The position numbers and the translations under genes were made by a program. Positions 56,943 through 64,000 of a stretch of 64,000 nt of DNA are shown piece after piece. Within the stretch, counting starts at the first letter, position 1. The number at the start of each line of letters is the position of its first letter. The notes below the pieces were generated by a model, which saw only the letters and a list, made by a program, of their open reading frames with translations, was not told the origin of the DNA and made no database searches. The stretch covers positions 7,750,001-7,814,000 of the forward strand of contig JBHGNT010000016.1 in the NCBI GenBank assembly GCA_043228905.1, written 5' to 3'. Origin of the DNA: Azolla caroliniana. Taxonomy: Eukaryota > Plantae > Polypodiophyta.

Positions 56943-57195
56943 CATCCTTCGACGAACCCTCATCATTCGACGAAAGATCATCCTTCGATGAACCCTCATC
57001 ATTCGACGAAAGATCATCCTTCGACGAACCCTCATCCTTCGACAAACCCTCATCCTTCGACGAAAGATCATCCTTCAACAAACCCCCCTCATTCGACGAA
57101 AGATTATCATTCGACGAACCCTCATCATTCGACGAAAGATCATCCTTTGACGAATCCCCATCATTTGACGAACCCTCATCATTCGACGAAAGATT
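56943..57195. repeat. 18-bp tandem array (~14 copies), translating as SSFDE[P/R]
   Basis: Units tcgacgaaccctcatcat and tcgacgaaagatcatcct, inside ORF 56792-57322. Confidence 0.92.
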
Positions 57196-59057
57196 CAAAG
57201 TTCGGCAAACCTACAAAAGCTTGACAAGAAAACATGGCCGGATCCTCATGGACAAAGATGTTCAAAACCCGACCCACACGCCAGGAGGAGTCCACCCAAA
57301 CCAACCAAACACACGATGCTGACCCACCTAACCCGACTCGGTACCGGGGAGGGTGGCTAACTCCAGGGACGCTACCAAACATGAACCTCCCATCGAGCCC
57401 GGGAACTAAAGCGCCTCTCAACACGCCCCCACTATATGAGAGCCCAATGGCAGACCCACTCAGTGTAGAGCGACACATACGAGACGCCGCGCAGGAGTTA
57501 TGTGTGATAGAACACGAAATCAATCTATGGATGGTACAACTCGCGAAAGGGGGACAACCGAAAAGCATCACTCGAGATATTCAAGCCACTTTGGCGGAAA
57601 GGAAAGATAGATTCGCACGAGTGCAACAAAAACTTCACCTCCTAGAAACATCGTCGCACATGCATCGCCGAGGTGATGAGCACAACCCCGTACCGCATTC
57701 AAGCACAACGGGCGACAGTCCAAACGAAGCCCACACACAACGACACCCAACACTACCACGCATGGGCACAACCCCTACACCCGACCGGGCTACTCCTACA
57801 CCTCCAAACGCCGAACTCACACTAGCGCTACAATCCATCCAAACTCTCGTAGCATTGATGGAAAAAGAGCGAGCACCCACAGACCATCTGAGAAACCTCA
57901 CAAATGACAGTAGGAAGAGTGCTTCCATTTCTAAACTAGTACCCCGTTTTCTCAATTTCGGTGATGCCTATGATCACGTCAAGAGGTTCAAACAGATTTG
58001 TCGCGCTTATGAACCCCTCACAGAGATCACCAAGGTAGCCGCATTTGGGCTTACACTCGATGACCAAGCCGGAATTTGGTTTTGAACCTTGAATGAAGAC
58101 ATTGTCGCGGATTTCGAGTATGTCATCGAAGATTTCTTGATAAACTTCCTTCGTTGAGGGAATAAATGGAACCCGATTGACCAACTTTTCGCCCTCAAGC
58201 AAGAAGCGAACAAAACGGTCAGGGACTACATCCATCGCACAAAAAGCCTGCACCATCATTGTAGCCCGAGCAACAAGATGTCGGACGACAAATTGATGAG
58301 TTGTTTCATTAATGGTTTGTTCGATCCAACACTCCAAAATTTCCTGATTGCCAAGATGTGTTGTTAATTCGCTGAAGCCTGCACAATAGTGATGACCTTT
58401 GAAGATTCAATGAGCGGGTTACGGATACCCACTCAAGCACCCACGAACAACCGTGAGAAATCCTCGGACCTCACCCCCACTCTACCCACACCACCGAGAC
58501 CACCCCGTATAGAAAGACCCCAAGCATACGCCCAAAGAGAAAATGTAAGGTGCACGGTTGCCAAGGCCACCACACAGGACATGAGTGCCCCCTCCTCCAT
58601 CGACGGCCACAATACTGTAAGTGGTGCAAAGCTTTCGTGATGCATCCTCAAGAGAACTACTGGCAAACCCCCATCAGAAGGTACGGCCAAACACCAATGG
58701 TGGAGCACCCACGCTCACCTCCACCGCTTAGCCGCCCACAACTACCAGCGATACTCCCCCAACAACCCCCACTACCATGCATCGGCGCTTGCCTCGCCGA
58801 ACTAGAATACACCACTGATAACCAAACCCAGATCGGGGAGAGCGCCCCCGAATACAAAGACTTGTACTGAGAGTACAGTCTTGAAGAAGAGGTGTTGTCC
58901 CACTTCGTGGACTTCGAAGGTGACCAAATACCAGTGTACGTCCTAAGAGGGGAACAACGGGGGCCCCCAATGTTGGAGACAAGGCCGTCAATGCGGAAGA
59001 GCAAACACCATTCGATTCTGTTGAATACTTGCGTATGACAGTTTCAAGGTCGTGCAC

Positions 59058-59091
<34 letters not shown>

Positions 59092-60202
59092 GCACAAAGA
59101 GTCTTTCTATTCCATAAGACAATAATACAACCCCCAACCTTACAAAGAGGTTACAAGGTCACTATATATAGTGACCGACTTAGGGCAACTACCATTTATG
59201 TTAATTACACAAATGGCCCAAACTTGATCTTTACAAAGGGATAGTGTGAGTACGTCCATTATACACTTGTATTCGACACTCCCCCGTAATGGGCGTATAC
59301 ATGGGTTATCTAAGATTACAGGTATAAACCTAGGTTCTCGGACATATCAGTTTTTGTTCGAGTCGGCAGGGTCCGAAGGCAGAAGACCGAACTGGTCGGG
59401 TCGGAAGAGTTGAAGCCGATCATTAAGGAACTGATGTCGGTTGTCCGAAACCATCCTGTGCTGTGTCCGGCTCTAACCGGACTGGTTTGTCGTTACGCCC
59501 ATCTGATGCCGAAGGGACCGAAAGCGGTCTGCCGAAAGACACTTGGTCATTCCATCTGCGACATTGTCGGTTGTGGATATTTTCTCTAGACCGATTTTCC
59601 CTGAAATGACGCTGTCGTGCCTTTCGGCGCCAGATCGTTGCGTGAGTCGGGTGGGAACCGCTGGGGTTTTGGACTAGGAAGAGGAGAGTTTTAAGGCTAA
59701 TAAGAATATAAATATGTTGTAAGAAAGAGTTATAGCAAACTCGTGAATCCCATGAGTGTATTGTATTAGATTAATCAATATGAATATAAGAATATAAACT
59801 TCGGTTGAAAGAGAATGATATAGAATTCTCGTGAATCCCACGAGTATAGTTTATTAATTGGTGTTTTTTTTTAGAAACATATCCAGTTTCCAAATATTTT
59901 TCACACACATATTACATTGTGCTCCCCATCCTTATGTAGTGATGAGGGAGTCCATGCTTTTTTTTTTTTTTTCCTAACTATAGACTCCATGCTTTTCCTA
60001 TAGATAGACTATATGCTTTATCTAAAGTGATCATGCTTTTTCTAACTTGTGCGTTTTTTTTTTTTCAACTATAGCGTTCATGCACGCTAGATGTGCATGT
60101 GTAGCTTTTTCTTTTAGCATGCGTTTTCTTTTAACTAAAGTTTATCCTAGGTGAACTAAGCTTTCTATGTGGAACATCTATTTTTAAACACAAATGAAAT
60201 GC

Positions 60203-60258
60203 TAGTGTAATGGTAAGACATTACATTATTAACATGGAGGTGCAAGGTTCGAATCTTG
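60203..60258 (+). promoter_or_regulatory. tRNA-like Pol III A/B-box cassette in the 3' LTR
   Basis: A-box TAGTGTAATGG at 60203; B-box GGTTCGAATCT at 60246 within a gcaag/cttgc stem. Confidence 0.65.
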
Positions 60259-60297
60259 CCCTATGCATGTTATATAAATTTTAATATTTTCTACTAT

Positions 60298-62109
60298 TTA
60301 TTCATATTTATTAAATTGGTACTTTATAAGTTTTTCACGTAGTGTACAAAATACACTACGACACTCGCCCCCTCCGAACCCGCACATCCTCCGGTATGTG
60401 CCGAAGTTGTCGGTGATTGTTAGTCTCGTCCGTCCATTCTCCGCATGGTTGGTTTCGTCGCTGGTCATTTTTGGTTGTCGGCCCCATTCGGTCTCCCGTT
60501 TTTGGTTGTCGACTTCGCCCGGTTTCCAGTTTTGTTCGGTTGCAGGCTCTATCCAGTCTCCAATTACCGGCCCTCGTAATTCATCTTTACTTGTAGTACC
60601 CTCTGTTTCTCTTGCTATGTCGGCTTTGTCTCTCCATTTTGAGCACATCCAATCTTTCCACCCGAACCATTGTCGCCATCCGATCCACCATAATCTTCGT
60701 TCATTCTTTGCATTGCCATGAGTGGTTGTCATGGTCCCTTGTGGTACTCTTGAGCATCTCGGTGTGTTGTCTCTCTCCACTCCGCGCTTGTCTTCCGTAG
60801 GTTCTACCCACGCGTCGATGTCGACCTCCGAATACGCGCTCGCTGTTAGGTCCTTGTGCGGCTTTAATGCATGCTTTATTTCTCGATGTTGCGCATGCGT
60901 CGTATTAGGCCGTAGCGCATGCTTCGTATTCCATCGTAGTGCATGCGTCGTATTACCCCGTAGTGCATGCTTATTTTTGCACCATAGCGCGTGCTTCTTT
61001 TTGCGCCGTAGCGTGTGCTTCTCTTTACGTCGTAGCGTGTGCTTCTTTTGGTGCCGTAGTGCGTGCTCCGTATTACATGCTTCTCCCATCGTAGACCCGA
61101 CCTTCGCGTTGTCATGCTTTTGTTTACATCGGAATTTCAGACGGATCATCTTCCATCCGAACCGGCTTCCGAATTTACCTTCCTTGTTGCCACCTCCCGT
61201 CTCTCCGGTCTCACGTTGGTTCTCGGACACAACCGCCGAAGTCTCTAGAATTAGTGGGTAGGAATCCTCGGTATTATCATCTTCCGTTGTTTCACCCATA
61301 GCCATGTTCTCCTTGGCTATCTCTCCTTCGTATGCATCGGCTTCGACCTTCGTTTCGTTGCCGCCACTTTCCTTATCTTCGGTGTTATGTCGACACCCGG
61401 GCTCGAGTACCGAAGTCTCTGAAACAATGGTGAAGGAATCCCTTCGTTCGTGCTCATTTACTTTGTCTTCCTCGTTGCCCTTCCAGTCCTCCACTTTTCC
61501 GCCGACACATTCCGTCTCTCCGATCTCACGTTGGTGCACGGGCACAACCGCCGAAGTCTCTGGAACCGTTGTGGGGATACCCTTTTGTCCTCGATCTTCC
61601 TCCTCCTCGTCCTTTGTTGGCCTCGACTTTGGTTCGGTTTTAAGCTCCCCTTCAATGTCGACTTGCGACTTTTCATGCATCTCCGAACCCTTCCGCATCA
61701 AGCTCTCCTTCGGTGGTAGTCGGTGGCCGCTTTTCACCCACTGTTGACCGCCGTTCGTGGACCATGTCCTCGTCCGCTTCGGTCTTAGATAGTCATATGT
61801 GTCTCGTATAGCTTCTTCAAAGGACTCCCACATCGGGCTTTGTTGCCGTATCTCGTGGATTCTCTCTTGAAGCTCATCCGTAGCCACCCGGTTGAAAGAT
61901 AACACTTGCAATCTTTCTGAGATACCATATCGCAACATCTCCATTTTGTAGTCACGTAGATAGCGTGACACGTCCTTTCCATCGAATTGCCCGTTCTGTT
62001 GCACGAGCCGTTGTACTACTGTCGTGATCTCCGACATCTCGCGTTGTTCTTGTAGCATTCTCTCGAACATCATCATCATCATGTTCATCGCCTCTTGTTG
62101 ATTCTCCAT
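60298..62109 (-). CDS. Gag N-terminus fused to a repeat-rich region of unknown function (~603 aa from the first ATG)
   Basis: Uninterrupted ORF. QNGQFDGKDVSRYLRDYKMEM aligns by eye with LEGQFNGRNITKFLDAYKREM in the 16.5-kb gypsy gag. It is followed by 3x ETS[A/V]-type modules and ~8x 8-aa H-[A/T]-L-R repeats. Confidence 0.6.
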   Translation of the reverse strand: MENQQEAMNMMMMMFERMLQEQREMSEITTVVQRLVQQNGQFDGKDVSRYLRDYKMEMLRYGISERLQVLSFNRVATDELQERIHEIRQQSPMWESFEEAIRDTYDYLRPKRTRTWSTNGGQQWVKSGHRLPPKESLMRKGSEMHEKSQVDIEGELKTEPKSRPTKDEEEEDRGQKGIPTTVPETSAVVPVHQREIGETECVGGKVEDWKGNEEDKVNEHERRDSFTIVSETSVLEPGCRHNTEDKESGGNETKVEADAYEGEIAKENMAMGETTEDDNTEDSYPLILETSAVVSENQRETGETGGGNKEGKFGSRFGWKMIRLKFRCKQKHDNAKVGSTMGEACNTEHALRHQKKHTLRRKEKHTLRRKKKHALWCKNKHALRGNTTHALRWNTKHALRPNTTHAQHREIKHALKPHKDLTASAYSEVDIDAWVEPTEDKRGVERDNTPRCSRVPQGTMTTTHGNAKNERRLWWIGWRQWFGWKDWMCSKWRDKADIARETEGTTSKDELRGPVIGDWIEPATEQNWKPGEVDNQKRETEWGRQPKMTSDETNHAENGRTRLTITDNFGTYRRMCGFGGGECRSVFCTLREKLIKYQFNKYE

Positions 62110-62729
62110 CTCCTTGCCACCCGCCTTCACGTCGGGTTCACCAACTGTGTCGTGCCTTTCGGCTCCGGATCGTTGCGTGAGTCGGGTGGGAACCACCGGG
62201 GTTTTGGACTAGGAGGAGGAAGAATTTGAGACTATTATAATTATGAGTAGATTATTAGAAACTTGTGAATCCCACAAGTATAATGTATTTTATTGATTAA
62301 TATTTATGTAAGAATATGTATTTAGATTGATAGAGAAAGATATAGAAATCTCGTGAATCCCACGAGTATAGTTTGTTAATTGGTGTTTTAGGAAATATAT
62401 CCAATTTCCCAAATATTTCACACACTATTACATTGTGCTCCCCATCCTTATGTAGTGATGGGAGAGACTAAGCATAGCTACATGCTTTTTTTTCTAATAT
62501 GTTCATGCACACTAAATATGCATGTGATGCTTTTCTAATCCTTGCTTTTATTTGCTAAATATAGTGCTCATGCACGCTAGATGTGCACGAGTCACTTTTT
62601 AGTTGCTTACGTTTTTTTCTATAAAATATTCACACACTCTAAAAATGCACGATTTACCTTTTAATAAAGGTAAGCGCAAATAAAGCACTTATAGTTATTA
62701 AATCTATTTATAGAACACTAAAGATAAGG

Positions 62730-62785
62730 TAGCATAATGGTAAGGTTGAGGTTTGGCTACGTGGAGGTACAGGGTTCGAATCCTG
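62730..62785 (+). promoter_or_regulatory. tRNA-like Pol III A/B-box cassette in the 5' LTR
   Basis: A-box TAGCATAATGG at 62730; B-box GGTTCGAATCC at 62773 within a cagg/cctg stem. Confidence 0.65.
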
Positions 62786-64000
62786 CCCTATGCACGTGAT
62801 AAATATCTTGATATATTATTTTATTTATTTATATGTAATTAAATCGGTTATATTATTTTTACTTTTTCACGTAGTGTACGAAATACACTACGACAACGCA
62901 GTCCCGAACGAAGTGATATCGAACGTCGATATGTTTGGAGGCGTTGTGGTGAACCGGATTTCTCGACAAGGCAACAGCACCTTGACTGTCGCTATAGACA
63001 ACTGGAGCCGAGTCATGGTCGACTTGCCGAAACGTGTGCGCCAGCCGGCCGAGCCACAAAGCTTCTTTTGCAGCGTCGGACGCAACTACATATTCTGCTT
63101 CGGTCGTTGAGGTCGCTGTGCACTCCTGAAGTTTCGACTTCCATGAAATTGCTCCATTGCCGAATTTGAAGCAGTATCCAGTTGTTGATTTCCGACTGTC
63201 TATACAGCCGGCGAAGTCCGAGTCGGTGTAACCGACTACGCCTGAGGTTCGGTTCGGACCGAAAAGAATGCCGTGGTCTTTTGTGCCAGCCAGATATTTG
63301 AACACATGCTTGACTGCGTTCCAATGCGATCGGCCAGGATTGTGCATAAATCTGCTAACGACTCCTACGGCATGAGAGATATCAGGCCGTGTCGCGACCA
63401 TCAGGTACATAAGGGAGCCGACTGCCGGTGCATACGGTACCGACTTCATATCTTCCCCCTCCGGACCGGATGTCGGGCAGTCTCGCTGAGAGAGCCGAAG
63501 ATTCATGGGGAGCGGGGTTGAAGCAGATTTGGCTGATTTCATGTTGAAGCGTTCCAAGACTCGTCCGATATAGTCGGTCTGAGACAAAAAAAGATGTCGT
63601 TTATCGCGATGCCGACTAATCTTCATGCCAAGGATGTGTCGTGCCGGACCGAGGTCCTTCATGGCAAACTTCAACCGCAGTTGCCGAATGAGATCGGCAA
63701 GTTCGCCCGCGTGGCGTCCAGAAATTAGCATGTCGTCCACGTAGATGATGAGGAAGATGGGTGATCCATCTTGAGCTGTGTTGGTAAAAAGACAATGGTC
63801 CTCATCGCTTTTTGAGAAGCCGATCGATTGGATGAAGTCGTCGAACTTCTTGTACCATTGTCGCGGTGCCTGTTTGAGGCCGTATAGACTCTTCCTGAGT
63901 CGGCAGACTAGATGTTCTTGGCCAGGTGCCACGAAGTCTTTTGGTTGCTCCATATAAATTTCCTCTTCAAGATCACCATGGAGGAAGGCTGTTTTGACAT

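Larger units (their letters stand above)
55816..59018 (+). mobile_element. Athila-like Ty3/gypsy 5' part: LTR 55816-56381, tRNA-Asp-type PBS 56388-56404, repeat-rich leader, gag
   Basis: TGTTAAG...CTTCACA then tggcaccgttgccgggg. gag ORF 57234-58085 (DAYDHVKRF...AFGLTLDDQAGIWF) with Cys/His knuckles near 58550-58650. Interrupted at 59019. Confidence 0.8.
59613..62895 (-). mobile_element. Non-autonomous Ty3/gypsy-derived LTR element: LTRs 59613-60363 and 62148-62895, Trp PBS 62126-62143, 4-bp target duplication ACGC
   Basis: TGTCGTG...TACGACA LTRs; ACGC at 59609-59612 and 62896-62899; same PBS as 16723-16740; minus-strand PPT ggagggggcgag; no pol motifs. Confidence 0.92.
59019..64000 (-). mobile_element. 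Ty1/copia element 6, 3' part: RT/RNase H, PPT, 3' LTR 59019-59278; split by the insertion at 59613-62895
   Basis: LTR tgttgaatac...gtattcgaca; minus-strand PPT gggggag. ORF 62859-63953 (LYGLKQAPRQW, IYVDDML, YTDSDFAG, KHIDVRYHFVRDCV) continues in frame left of 59613 as ISGKIGLEKISTTDNVADGMTKCL. Confidence 0.93.

Noticed and set aside
56491-57195. CRISPR-like array
   Set aside because: The units are head-to-tail without unique spacers, there are no cas genes, and the context is a eukaryotic retroelement.
60203-60270. Functional tRNA genes at 15299, 60203 and 62730
   Set aside because: There is no acceptor or anticodon stem; only the A/B boxes and a T-arm-like part are kept. Reported as tRNA-like cassettes instead.

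Overview
Plant nuclear DNA. The element types and compact, microsatellite-rich genes suggest a seedless plant such as a fern, lycophyte or bryophyte; this is an inference. The window holds two intact minus-strand spliced genes: a choline/ethanolamine kinase (6 exons, 32326-34812) and a DUF707 protein (14 exons, 42288-50814). They lie between two stacks of nested LTR retrotransposons. Left stack (~2.7-32.4 kb): copia inside copia inside copia, then a Ty3/gypsy element carrying a solo LTR. Its 3' halves were flipped by a multi-breakpoint rearrangement that left four inverted duplications, the largest (~2.57 kb) starting inside the last kinase exon. Right stack (51.4-64 kb): copia, an Athila-like gypsy, a second copia, and a non-autonomous gypsy derivative. 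Two LINE fragments in opposite orientation bracket most of the DUF707 gene. The most unusual feature is a tRNA-Trp-primed Ty3/gypsy lineage with TGTCGTG...CGACA LTRs. It shows 4-bp CG-centred target duplications, LTRs with exchangeable middles, and a tRNA-like Pol III A/B-box cassette in three LTRs. Its non-autonomous member has a fully open ~600-aa gag-fusion ORF between two clearly dissimilar LTRs. All coordinates were read by eye; no database searches were run.
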